From Podospora anserina (lineage: Eukaryota): a stretch of DNA of 64,000 nt. The notes under the pieces were generated by a model, which was not told the DNA's origin, made no database searches, and saw nothing but the letters and a program-made list of their open reading frames with translations. The position numbers and the translations under genes were made by a program. Shown in pieces: positions 33,590 through 45,736 of this stretch; positions within the stretch are counted from its first letter, which is position 1; every line of letters begins with the position of its first letter. The stretch lies in NCBI GenBank assembly GCA_017654855.1, contig CM030336.1, positions 3,286,001 through 3,350,000 on the forward strand. The letters are read 5' to 3'.

Positions 33590-35779
33590 CACGTCGGCTT
33601 GATTAACATTGGAATAGATACGAGGTTGGAACCTTTCACTCAAAGTAAGATACAAGCCACGAGTTACTCCCTTGCCTTCTTACCCAATAACTTGCTTGTG
33701 CGATGACTCGGCTGGTGTCGTTGAAAGCTGAGGACGGATTCGCACGTGAGGTAGCAGTCAGATCCCAACTGACCAATGACCACAGCCAACCAGAATCAAG
33801 GTCCAAAGCGATGTGACGCTGGTATGCCTCTATCATTGGCCGGGCCGATCTCTGTGCAACACTCAAGCCAAATGTTGATCCTTAAACTACACTGATAGTT
33901 GGTATTGTTAAGGGCCTATGGCTGGGTGAAGGAAAGAAAAGGAATATGAAATACACTGCCCACGACGTCTTCTTATACCGCCCAAACTCTCCGGGCTTCC
34001 CCTGCAAAACGTATGGAATATCCACCAGATTTGTCTGAATTCCTACGTCAACCGCAAGTCTCCCACGTCAATTGACCAAATAACCCTAACTCAGATATCA
34101 TCCCATAACGGGTATGAGATATTGTTCTCGACGTTTCCAGCCAGCTTAGGGCAAGGAACATCGGAGGTCATGTAACTGGGTGTGTTGAGCTGGCCACGAT
34201 GATGTTGAGAAGAAAGTGTGCCGCAGCACGGACCACCGTCAAAGCGTCATCGGGAAAAAAGCATTTCTTTACCCGCTGCAGATTCCCCTCCCCATCTACA
34301 AACACACAGATGTGGCTGGCAGGATCAATTGCGGCAGACAATTCAACTTGTTGCTGTTTTCCTCCCTTTTCTTTTCTTCAACCTGCAGCGGTACCCAGGC
34401 ACCACAGCATCAGGAGTCTGGGGATGCGGAGTCGGGTTCGGGTTCCACAAAATCGCCAAACACGAAACAAGGCGGAGAACATAGCCGGCCAGACCAGGGA
34501 GTCGGGGCTTGATAACTACTCTGCCACTGGCGAGAGATGAGCAACCAGCTTCTGGTGTCTGTACGCTCATACCGGTGGTCGACCAACGGGGGACGCTACT
34601 GCATCCCGGCTGACCTCGGTGTGGAATGTCACGAATTTTCAGCAGTCCAGTCCGAGCACACGGCAAACCCCGCCCGCAGGAACTTCTGATATGCGCTTTT
34701 AGAACACGAGCTTGACACCAATCAAAATATCAGTCGAGGACAATTTTGTGTTATTATGCAACTGACTGAACCAAAGCTCGAGCAGAGACGAACCCATCAA
34801 GAAGGGATCGCCACCTAGGGCAGGCTTCATCCTCGCTGCCGGAGCTGGACAAGGACGCCGTCGACGATAGTGGGGGAGCTGTGGACCTTGCCCTGAACCA
34901 CTGACATCTCAAAAGCCGCCGCACCCGGAATTTTCTTGCTGACGCACGGCCGTTGGCTATTGATGGGCGATGTGCTCGAGGATCGAGGTGATCTTTTCAC
35001 AGCAAGCCGGTAGTCAAGTGTCATGCCACACCGCCATGGAACCAATGCCGTGCCAATTGTTCTAGGGCTGCAGCAGCACGGGCGTCCCTTTCGGTGGGTT
35101 CTGCAGAAATGAGAACCATCAGCTCGGCAACTTTGGATGATGAAGCATGAAGCACAGGAGAAACACCTGGCGCTGGCTGGTGCAGAAAATGGAAAAGGGA
35201 GGCGGGAGGAAATTGTCTGACCTCTTTTTAGCCGGCGACAATAAAAGTTTGGGCGAAGCGACCCGGATTTCAGGCGAGGAGGCGAAAAGCACGTCGATGG
35301 AAGCGATGCTCGGTTATGTATTTTTGCTGCGCGGTGGCTTGCTGTTGCTGCCCTCGCTGTCGTTGGTGGTCGAAGCGACGAACGAGGTTGATTGTTGTGG
35401 TGTTGCTCGGACGTGTCAAAGCGCTAACAGCATCTGCCCTTTCCTTTCGAGGTGTCCTGTTAGGGGCCCGTCTCGCCGGATGCAACCCCGCATCAATGCC
35501 CTGAAAGGGGTTAGCTACTCGCAGCTATGGAGCGCCTGTGTGTCAAGCTCCGATCAGATAAGCGAGGAAATCTGCTGACATTACCCGCTTCCCTCCCCAG
35601 CACGGTGGTTACCACCTGCTTCACGGGTCCACCCAGCCCCGTCCAAGCCGTTCGAGGCCAACCATGGCGTCCCGGGCAAGAGCTTCAAAGGGGACCATGA
35701 TCCCGACCATGCGGGCCGGTGGATTCTCTCTTCAGCTTGTGTTTCTTGAAGAAGCAACAAGCAACAACGAAACAGCGCC

Positions 35780-36988
35780 ATGGACCAAGACGAAGAGGCA
35801 TATCGAATCGATCAACGACGACAGGATGAGCTGGTCATCATCACCGTGGTTTTCACGTCGCTGTCCATCCTCGTCGTCGGCACCCGCACCTTTGTGCGGG
35901 CCGTCTTGATGAGGAAATTCGGCGCCGATGACTGGACCATGTTGGGGGCCTTGGTAGGTTGATGGGCTTCTCCGCTCGATACGTCCATCATTCATGAAGC
36001 TAACCTGCCTGTCTCACCACCAGCTCTTCTCCTGCGGGTATCTCGTCGAAATCCTCATCATGAAGTACAACGGAGTCGGCCACGCAATAACCACCTTGAC
36101 AGTTGACAACATGCTCATCTTGATCAAGGTGACGTTGGCCATCCAGTGTACCTACTACGCATGCGTCAACTGCATCAAGTTCTCCATTCTGTGCATGTAC
36201 CTTCGTATTGGTACGTCGACTGGCTCTTCCCATCTCGCCCTCGCCATTCATTTCACTCTTGCTGACAGTTCTGCCTCTCCACAGCCGTGACAGAAACACT
36301 CCGATATGCATGCTTCGGCCTGATAGGCTTCCACGCGGTGTTCTTCATCATCTCTCTTACAACCACCCTTGCGCAGTGCCAGCCTCTCGAGAAGATGTGG
36401 GATCTCACCAGTGTGGCCCCAGGCACGTGCATCAACACCACCGCATTCTTTTACTTTACGTCCGGCTTCAACATCTTGACCGATATCCTCATTTTTGGCC
36501 TCCCCATCAAGACCTTGATTGGCATCAACCGCCCCCGCAAGGAAGTGTACGCTCTTGTTGGCGTGTTTTGCATTGGCGCCTTCGCCACTGTCATTGCCAT
36601 CATCCGATTGCACACCATCATTGTCTACACCACCGCCGTCGATCCTTTCCGAGAGTCCATTCTCGTCAACCTCTGGTCCGTTCTCGAGGTCAACATTGGC
36701 ATCATCTGCGCCTCCGCGCCCGCTCTGAAGCCCCTGTTCCACCCCCAGGCACTTCGAGAGGCGAGATATGGTAGCAGCGGCGGCCCGCCAAAGCGGACGG
36801 GATACCACTACCATTCACGGGACAAGAGCGGCACAGAGATCAAGAGCAATATCAGGGTTGAGCAGGAGTTCAGTGCCCGGAGTATCAACTTGGGACCCAT
36901 CCCCAGCAACACCGCCCAGGTAGTCGGGGGGAGGGAACAAAACTCGGATCAAGACAGTGTGGATAAAATCTTGCAGGATCGGTATTAA
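35780..36988 (+). CDS. PTH11-like integral membrane protein (fungal rhodopsin-domain/GPCR-like, no CFEM)
   Basis: VGTRTFVR...KFGADDWTM, IKFSILCMYLRI, QCQPLEKMWD, NILTDILIFGLP, WSVLEVNIGIICASAPALKPLF. Introns 35954-36023 and 36211-36284. Confidence 0.9.
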
Positions 36989-37954
36989 ACAATAGTGTCT
37001 TGGGATTGTGAGTTACAAGGATGGGAACGGCGCGGTGATACCAATTTCTTTTGTCTTTGTCTTTTGGGTATGGGTCCTGGAAGGATATTTACCTCGGCAT
37101 ATAGGATTTATTTAACCTTTCGGTCAGTTAAAAATGTATAATAATATCATGGAGACACAAACATAACGACTAACGATTTCTTTTATTGCGCATCAGGCCT
37201 ACATCATTGCTGAACCGTAAGGAAACTACTGACGATTAGTACAAACATCAGAATTGTTGCCCTACATCGAGTATCAGCCTGTCAGGCGGCTTCCACGCCT
37301 ATGACTTCCAGGGACCTCGGGCGGACTCCTCAATCGTGTTGATGGCATCAAAAGGGGCAGTAGTGTCGCCACTGCTCACCGTGCCTTTTAAGTTCTATTT
37401 GCCAACTATTATCTCTGACCATGCTCTTTGTTTTCGGGGAGATACATGTTGCGGACAACTTATACGTTCATTATTCCCTTAACTGTTCGCATGTAAACAT
37501 CGCAAGACAGCTGTGCTTTGGTGTGAAAGCGTGTTTCACGGGTTTGTAAGCACGTTGCCCAGATTCTCCCCTTTTAACATCACAACCCGTCTATGTGCTT
37601 CTAGTATTCTTCCCGGCTTGCTCGAATATCATAAGAGTCTTTGGGTGCATGGACACACTGAGCTCGACGCTGCTGTTGTTTAGTGCTATGAGGTACTGTT
37701 AGTAAGCCGGGACTGTTTTGAGATGAAGGGGAAGTTTTATAGCTTTGAACAAAACTATATAAGTCGAGGCTACTGATACACCTGGTTGACACGAGCATGG
37801 CTGCTAAGCAAACATCTGTCAAACATAAAATCTCCAATGATATTGAAACATTACTGTTTGTGTTGAAGCTGTGAGTAGATGTGTTCTAACTCTAATGAAA
37901 CATGATTTATATAGCTATTATAGAGGAAGGTGTGTGTCACAGTTAAGCTAACGG

Positions 37955-38317
37955 TGTGACGAACCCCTATCCAGAACCCCTGAAAGAGATACTTAGTTGA
38001 AGGTGCTTCTCAACAATTAGTCCGGTGCAGGTAAATAGTGCACAACAATGGCTTGTCTCAATCACAATAGTGTGATACCAACGAATGTGACTTGTATTGC
38101 ATACTGCGGAACTATCTACCTGCTATCTGGTTCCTCCGTATAGATAGACCTGTGGATCACCTGGATCACGTTCCCCAAAGGTGATCTGGATCATTTTTTC
38201 TTCCTGTGGCTCACTACGCTCACCGTGAGTTCGTCGCTCCACTTCCAATTGGTCAGTAATGACTGGCTAGGGGTGTCCCGCGCTCCGTGCGCTAGCTCTT
38301 GATCAGCGATTGTGACT
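37955..38317 (-). mobile_element. Solo Ty3 LTR, U3 type A (363 bp)
   Basis: Starts TGTGACGAACC and shares ~195 bp up to CTCCGTATAGATAGACC with the other LTRs. Ends ATTGTGACT. Preceded by a purine tract and a 20-bp stub of another LTR (TGTCACAGTTAAGCTAACGG). Confidence 0.8.
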
Positions 38318-38539
38318 GTTGCGGAGGGTTGATGCTGGTATATTATAGAGCTTAGCTGCGGCTCTAAAGCTTAATTTTTCGTCCTTTTGGAGAGCTTCAA
38401 GGGCTAAGATTACCCTCGCTTCCTTTTGAGTAGGAGGCATATCAGATTCTAGAAAAATTCGATGTAAAGTGCAAAGAGGACGCGTCGCGCGAGGGAGTGC
38501 GACACCCACTGATATGTACGACTCACTGATAATATACGT
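38318..38539 (-). mobile_element. 5' end of a pogo/Fot1-family DNA transposon (TIR plus HTH-psq start)
   Basis: TIR begins ACGTATATTATCAGTGAGTCG next to TA at 38540-38541. ORF MPPTQKEARVILALEALQKDEKLSFRAAAKLYNIPASTLR is truncated by the LTR. Confidence 0.8.
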
Positions 38540-38725
38540 TATAGATATCTTGATACTTTTGAGAATTTAGAAGTATATATTGGTTAGATTTCTACCCTCT
38601 TTTTCACTAATATTTCCTTTATGTAGTGGATAAACTTACTTTTTACTTTAGCTGATTCCTACCTGTATAGCTATTCCCACACTAATAACCCATTACTAGA
38701 AGCTATTCTTACCCTGCTTACACTT

Positions 38726-39095
38726 TGTGACGAACCTCTGTACAGAACCTCTGAAAGGGATACTAGTTGAAGGTACTTCTAACAATTGGTTCGGTGCAGC
38801 TAAACAGTGCACAACAAGATGTCTCGATGTAAACACAAGATGCCGTGAATATAACTGTGAATTGCATACTGCGGAACTGTTTATCTACACCAGCCAGTTC
38901 CTCCGTATATATAGACCTGTTTATCACCATTATTACCAGTGATAATGTCGATTATCACTCGTCGTTCACCGAAGGCTGGTGATAATCGCGATTATCACCC
39001 TTGGCGCTAGTGATAATCTGACTTCCCCACTTTTCCGTTCCTAGTGGTTGGACGGGTCGCGCCCCGCGCTCCCCACTTATGTCAGGTCCGTGACA
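38726..39095 (-). mobile_element. Solo Ty3 LTR, U3 type B (370 bp)
   Basis: TGTGACGAACC...GTGACA. Conserved half runs to TATATATAGACC, followed by a distinct GATAA-palindrome module. Confidence 0.85.
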
Positions 39096-40496
39096 CCACC
39101 CCACTACAACTATCTTTAATTACATAACCATAATACTAGGAAACCACAATAATTGAACTAGAAACAGATGAATCAGATGATTCTGCAGCCTCCTTGCAGG
39201 TGCGTGTATTATGGCCTGGCTTACCGCACACGCCACAGCACTGAATCTTCGGACGAGATCCCCTTGCACCACCACTACTTTGTCAATCTTTCTGGATTAC
39301 CTGCTTACCTACAGCCTTTTGATCCAGTAGATCCTGTGCCTCTTGTACAGTAAGTGACCCTCCAAGCCGCACACGTATTTTTTTGGCTTTCCGGCGCTTA
39401 CTTAATATCTCGTTAGTTTTACGGAGTGTAGTATTTTTTGTACGAAGTAGAGCGACCTAATATATTACAGTTATTATATTTTTAGTAAGCTAATTTATAG
39501 TAATTAATATTAAAGTCGGGGAACTATTTTAATAGTTAATAATATAAGTTTTAATAAACGTTAATTATAAATTAGCTTCTCGAAAGTTATATAGTATTTG
39601 GGAGACTTAAAGTTATATAGTGCCGGGCTATAAGTTTAAAAGTATTAGCGTACGAAACTTTATATTTAGTTTAGAAAGTACTCTCTTTAAATTGTACGGT
39701 ATAAGGTTAGTACCCGTAAAGCTACTCTATATATTTTTCTTTATTATAGAAGCGAAAAAAGCTTTACGGAAAGTATAAAGGAACTTAAGTTTACTTATAT
39801 AATTAATATATATACGTATTAAATCCTCGATCTAGCGACCGTATATTTATTTTAATAATTTAAAGTAATTAATATTAAGTAATTAAAGGAAGTAGGAGGA
39901 GTATAAAGGTATATAAAGCGTAATAATATTATTCTATTAATAATAACGTTTAAATTCGGTCGAGTAGTAACTTTCGTAATTATCGAGGATTAATAACCGG
40001 TATTTACCTTTTATATAAGACGTTATATAATAATCGAAGTATTTAATTTAATTTAGGCCTACCGTATTAATAGTTTAATTATTATTAATAAGTATAATAT
40101 ATTAAATAAATAATAAATTATATTTAGTATATTAATTAGTAAAGTAGTATTACGCGATTAAAATAATAAAAGAAGGAATAGTTTAGTTAAGGGTATTAAT
40201 TTCCTAAATTATTATTATTTATTTGCGGTTATTAAACTAAATTAGTTTCGCTTTATTACGGTTATTAAAAATTATAATTATTATACTCGCGAAAATAATA
40301 TTTATTATAAAGCTAGTCTCGTCGAAGTTATAAATATTATTATTTATAATACCGTACTTAATTTTAATATTCCGTATAAAAGTAAATTACTTGCTAATAA
40401 CCTTTAGATCTTTATATTTAACTCTCTAATAATTATATTTATTCGTAAAACACGTCCGAAGTTCTAGCTAACGTTTAACGAAGTTATAAGCCTATC
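39096..40496 (-). mobile_element. pogo/Fot1 transposase fragment (DDE core RIPed, C-terminus intact)
   Basis: RIP-degraded WAHNFVKR...NFDET-like core. Intact C-terminus ILSKRRKAKKIRVRLGGSLTVQEAQDLL...CGVCGKPGHNTRTC (zinc knuckle), stop near 39137. Confidence 0.85.
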
Positions 40497-40990
40497 TGTA
40501 ACGAACCCCTATACAGAACCTCTAAAAGGGATACGGGTTAAAGGTAACTTCTGACAATTGGTTCGGTGCAGCTAAACAGTGCACAACAAGATGTCTCAAT
40601 GTAAACACTAGCTACCGTGAATACAAGCTTGAATTGCATACTGCGGAACTGTCTATCTACACCAGCCAGTTCCTCCGTATATATAGACCTTGGGGCCGTG
40701 AGGTGCTCGCCCTGCTATGGGCCCGATCACTCCTAGCACATTGCATCCTGCATTGTGCTCGTCGTGCTATACCTCTGATCACTCCTAGCACATTGCATCT
40801 GCATTGTGCTCGTCGTGCTATGCCTCTGATCATCCCTAGCATCTTGCATCCTGCAGACTGCTCGTGAGCCTTGGCGCCATAGCACTTTTGCCTAGCCCTG
40901 ATCGGCTTGTTCCCTGACTTCCTGAATGATTGGCTAGGGGCGACCTGCGCCCCACATGTGGCGCGACTTGCCGTTGGGTTAACTGTGACA
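40497..40990 (-). mobile_element. Ty3 LTR, U3 type C (494 bp), nearly free of RIP
   Basis: TGTAACGAACC...AACTGTGACA. It is the reverse complement of the 44721-45214 LTR and carries two copies of the ~52-bp U3 repeat. Confidence 0.9.
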
Positions 40991-43868
40991 TAAAGTAATT
41001 AAAACGTATAGTATTACCTATACTTAAATCCTTTTATACTTTTTAACTTCGTAATATAATATATAATACGCCGGCTATTACGTTAAAAGTATAGGTTCGA
41101 TTTCCGTCGAGGTTCTTTTATATTTAAATTTATAAATACTTTTTTATAAATTTAAATATAAATCTCCCTTTTTATTACCGGTAATACTTTTTTATTTTAT
41201 AATAATAGAAACGTATAGTATTAATTAAGTTTAGATTTCTTTATACTTACTAACCTTATAATATAATACGTAATACGTTAACTACTACGTCGAAAGCATA
41301 GGTTCGATTCTTATTAAAATTCTTTTAATTCTATATTATAGTTATTTAACTATAATTTAGGGCTAAATCTTTTTACTTACTTAAGTTTTAATCAGTTTAA
41401 ATATTATTAATAAAATTCTTTTTATTTATTTAAGTAATTAAAGTATACCTATAATTCCTATAAGTTATTTATAACTAAATATTTTAATTAACTAACTAAA
41501 TACTTTAATTAACTTTTATTAAACCGTAAATCTAATATCTTTTTTATATCGTACTCTTCTTTTTTATCCTCCGCTATTACCTATATATTAACTTTATTTA
41601 CCGGTAATATAGGTTTTAAAAGTAAAATATAAAAAATATATAACCGTAAATATATTATATTAAATAACTTTAATTCGAATACTATCTTTAAAATCTTCCT
41701 TTTAATTTTAAATAGGCTTACTCTCTTATAGTCTAGCTTCTTATTAGGTCTTTTAGTATATAGATTATGTATAAAAAGGAATATTATATTTCTTCCCTTA
41801 AAGTAAAGTCCCTCAAGCCTTTTAATATTATAGTATTTCCGTATTCTTTCCCTTATAAACTTTAATTTTTACTTAAATTTACCGTAAAATATATATATTT
41901 TATTTACTTTAACCCTAGCCCTAAGTACCTTAACCGTAAGTCTTTACCGTAGGTCTATTTTATATTTAAAGTTTATAAAGAACGGTATAACTTTAATTAT
42001 TTTTATTAGTAATATATTATATATTAGTTACGCTATAAATAATAATTTAACCTAATCGTTTTACTTAAAATTAATATAATTCCATAAATACTATTCTATA
42101 ATTTAATTAAACCGTTTTATTTAACCGTTCGTCGAAAGATAATAGGCCGATAACGCTTTACTTATTACCCTTAGCCTCGTTATTAATATTCTTTAAAATT
42201 TTAATACGAATTTAGTATCGCGATCTATAATAAATTCTTTTAATTATATATATATTAATATAATATACCGTAATATTATATTTATTAACTACTTTACTAA
42301 TTAAGTTTCTTTATAAAGTAAAAAATATATTTATTTAATAAGCTTATCGACTACCGTTAATATATTATTATATTTAACGCCGGTTACTATATTTTTTAAC
42401 TCCGGTAATTTAATAATAAAATCTATGGTAATTAAATTCTATAATCGTTCTATTATTAGTAGTAACTTTAGAAATCTATATAATTTATATTTCGTAACCC
42501 TTATTTTCTTATACGTATAATATAACTAAATAACTTCCTTAACGTCGTCCTTAATTCTTAATTAATTAAAATACTATTTCATCTTTTTTATAATCTTTAC
42601 GATACTTATATATTTTCCGAACTTTAATCCGTAAATCTCTATTATTAATATCGTTCTATTACTTAGTATTACGTACGCTCGATTTTTATATTATAGTCTT
42701 CCCTAACTATCCTTTTAAATACTTTATAGCTCTCGCTCTTCCTATTAATATTATATTATAATATTATTACTTAACTTCCTTTAATATTTACTAAAAATAA
42801 TTCTTTTATAATATACTATATAATACTTTATTTACGGCTATAGTAAATACTTAAAAGTACCGTCTAACGCTTCCTTAAATAATAATAGTAATTCCTTAAA
42901 TATATCTTTATAATAATCGGTACGCCTATTAAATACGTTTACCCTAGCGTTTTCCGAACTTTTTTTATAATTAATTTAAAAATTAAATTCCGAAAAAAAC
43001 TTTAATTATCGTATTTACTATACGTTAAAGACTTTCGTAGTAATAAAGTACTATAGATTTTTATAATCCGTATAGACCTATACTTTATACTTAATACTAT
43101 TAAAGTATAACCTTTATTTTTTAAACGCTTCGATAATAGCAAATAGCTTTTTATTATAGATTAAATAGTTTTAATATATTTCCTCTAGTTTCTTCGAAAA
43201 AAAGGCTACTAAATATAATTTTCTATCGTCGTTTCGTTATCTTAATTATCTACTAATCGCATAGTCTAATATATTCGCTTCGACCTCGAATAATCGATTA
43301 AAGTTTAGTAATTTAAGTACCGGGTCTTTTAAAATAACCTTTTTTAGCTTTTAAAAGGCTTACTCCTTTTCCTGCCCCCACCGGAACTCTACGTCTTTTT
43401 TAATTAAATAATTAAATAGCCGCGCAATACTTACGTACCCTTAAATAAATATTTAATAGAAATTCGTAAATCTTAAAAATTCCCTAATATATATTTATAA
43501 TTACGGTATAAACTAGTCCTTAATTATTATAATTTTTTTAAGTTCTATATAAACTTTATTTAGCGATATTAAATATCTTAAATATACTATCTTTTATATA
43601 TAGAACTCGCTCTTTTCTTTATTAATTAAAAGTCCGGCTCTATATAATACGTTAAATATCTTTCGTATGTATTATTTATATTTCTTTAAAGTACGTAAGT
43701 AAATAAAAATATCGTTAAAATAATATATTACTATTTTATTAAAGTACTTCCGGATTATATAGTTAATAAAAGATTAAAACGTTACGGGTATATTAATTAG
43801 CCTAAATAATATTATAAAATATTCGAAATAATTATAAAATATATAAAACGCTATTTTTTATTTATCCT
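40991..43868 (-). mobile_element. RIPed Ty3/Gypsy pol fragment (RT-RNaseH-integrase-chromodomain region)
   Basis: Reverse complement is collinear with ~49280-51960 of the full-length copy. YFDD-derived RT motif near 43715. Confidence 0.85.
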
Positions 43869-45736
43869 TATCACAGACTAACTATATAGCAAAGCAAAGT
43901 AGGGACTGCAGCAGGCCGTAGTAACCAGTTAAGTAACAAATAACAGCGGGGCTATAGGATAGTAGGGCGCTCACCTTTTAGCAGAGGTAAGCCGGCTCGC
44001 TAGGAGCGCTGGGTAAGCGAGGTAAGCTAGGATAGATCACTAGGAGCGCTTAGTAATCGAAGTAATCTAAGTACGGAGGTACCTAAAGGATTAAGGTCTA
44101 TATATACGGAGGAACTAACTAATATAGATAGATAGTTCTATAATATATAATTTAAATTTATATTTACGGTATTTAATATTTATATTAAAATATTTTATTA
44201 TATACTATTTAGCTATACCGAACTAAAATTATTTAGAAATTACCTTTAACTAATATTCCTTTTAAAGGTTCTAGATAGAGGTTCGTTATATATTATATAT
44301 TTACTTTAACTCTATTATAGATAAGTTAAAAGTATTAAGATAATACTATAGCCGGAAACGTTAGTATTTAGGGAAGCTCGACCTAACCTATTATCGATTA
44401 GCTTTTCGCTTATATTTAGGAGCTTAAAAATAAATTACGCTTTTCCTATAATATATTTATATAAGAAAATATTATATTTTATTAAGAGATTAGTACTTTA
44501 CGTAAAAAAGGAAAACGTATTAAGCTCGAAGTACTAAACCGGTATAGAAGTATAAAAAAAGAGTTAGGGGGATTTTTAATTTAATTTAAAGCTTACTTTC
44601 GGTATTACCTTTCTTATTTCCCGGACGAGGAATCTAAAGTTATATACACCGCATTTAAGCTTAAGAATATAGTACTTACGTAGTTCGAATCGATTTTAAG
44701 AGATTATTTCGATAATATATTATCACAGTTAACCCAACGGCAGGTCGCGCCACATGTAGGGCGCAGGTCGCCCCTAGCCAATCATTCAGGAAGTCAGGGA
44801 ACAAGCCGATCAGGGCTAAGCAAAAGTGCTATGGCGCCAAGGCTCACGAGCAGTCTGCAGGATGTAAGATGCTAGGGATGATCAGAGGCATAGCACGACG
44901 AGCATAATGTAGATGCAATATGCTAGGAGTGATTAGAGGTATAGCACGACGAGTATAATGCAGGATGTAATATGCTAGGAGTGATCGGGCCTATAGTAGG
45001 GCGAGCACCTTACGGCCCTAAGGTCTATATATACGGAGGAACTGGCTAGTATAGATAAATAATTCCGCAGTATGCAATTTAAGCTTATATTTACGGTAGC
45101 TAGTATTTATATTAAGATATTTTATTATATATTATTTAGTTATACCGAATTAATTATTAAAAATTACCTTTAACTAGTATCCCTTTTAGAGGTTTTATAT
45201 AGGGATTCGTTATACGTTATATACTTACTTTAACTTTATTACAAATAAGTTAAAAGCGTTTTTTTATTACTATAGCCTAACCCGAAAACGTTTAAATAGG
45301 AGGCGTCCCGCCTAGCTTAACTATCGAGGAACCTTCCACGGTAAACGCTAGGTCTAGGGTCACCACGGCTTAATAGTTTATCGATCGCGTTAAAAAGTTT
45401 AAAGCCGAAGCCCAGTAGACTAGGGAGTAGGTTCTTGCTCTTTCGGCGGCTAGGCCTACGTACGTAACTAAGTTTCCGGTACCGGAGCGCTATAAAGGCG
45501 GAAAGGCAAAGCTTAAAGGTTTCTTAATCTAATTTAAAACCTACTTTCGTTATTACCCAGAATAATTTAATACGGAAAAGTTAAAAGTAATATATATAAT
45601 TACCTAACTTAAAAATAAAACTTTTATTTAATTTAAACCTATTTTTAATAATTATTACGAGGTAATGGCGGAGGACTAGGAGGAAATTATTATCTAGTAT
45701 TTTCGGAGCTACCGAGCTTTCAAGGTAAAGCTTAGG

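Noticed and set aside
37601-37920. Minus-strand TATA plus intron-like signals and a 78-aa ORF
   Set aside because: I could not assemble a convincing spliced reading frame or recognise a family.
40725-40855. Direct repeats and a repetitive ORF (40634-40867) suggestive of a CRISPR-like array or peptide gene
   Set aside because: Tandem U3 repeats of an LTR with no unique spacers, in a eukaryotic context.
41094-41311. GGTTCGATT(T/C) motifs resembling tRNA T-loops/B-boxes
   Set aside because: No cloverleaf; they lie in the duplicated 3' region of the RIPed retroelement.
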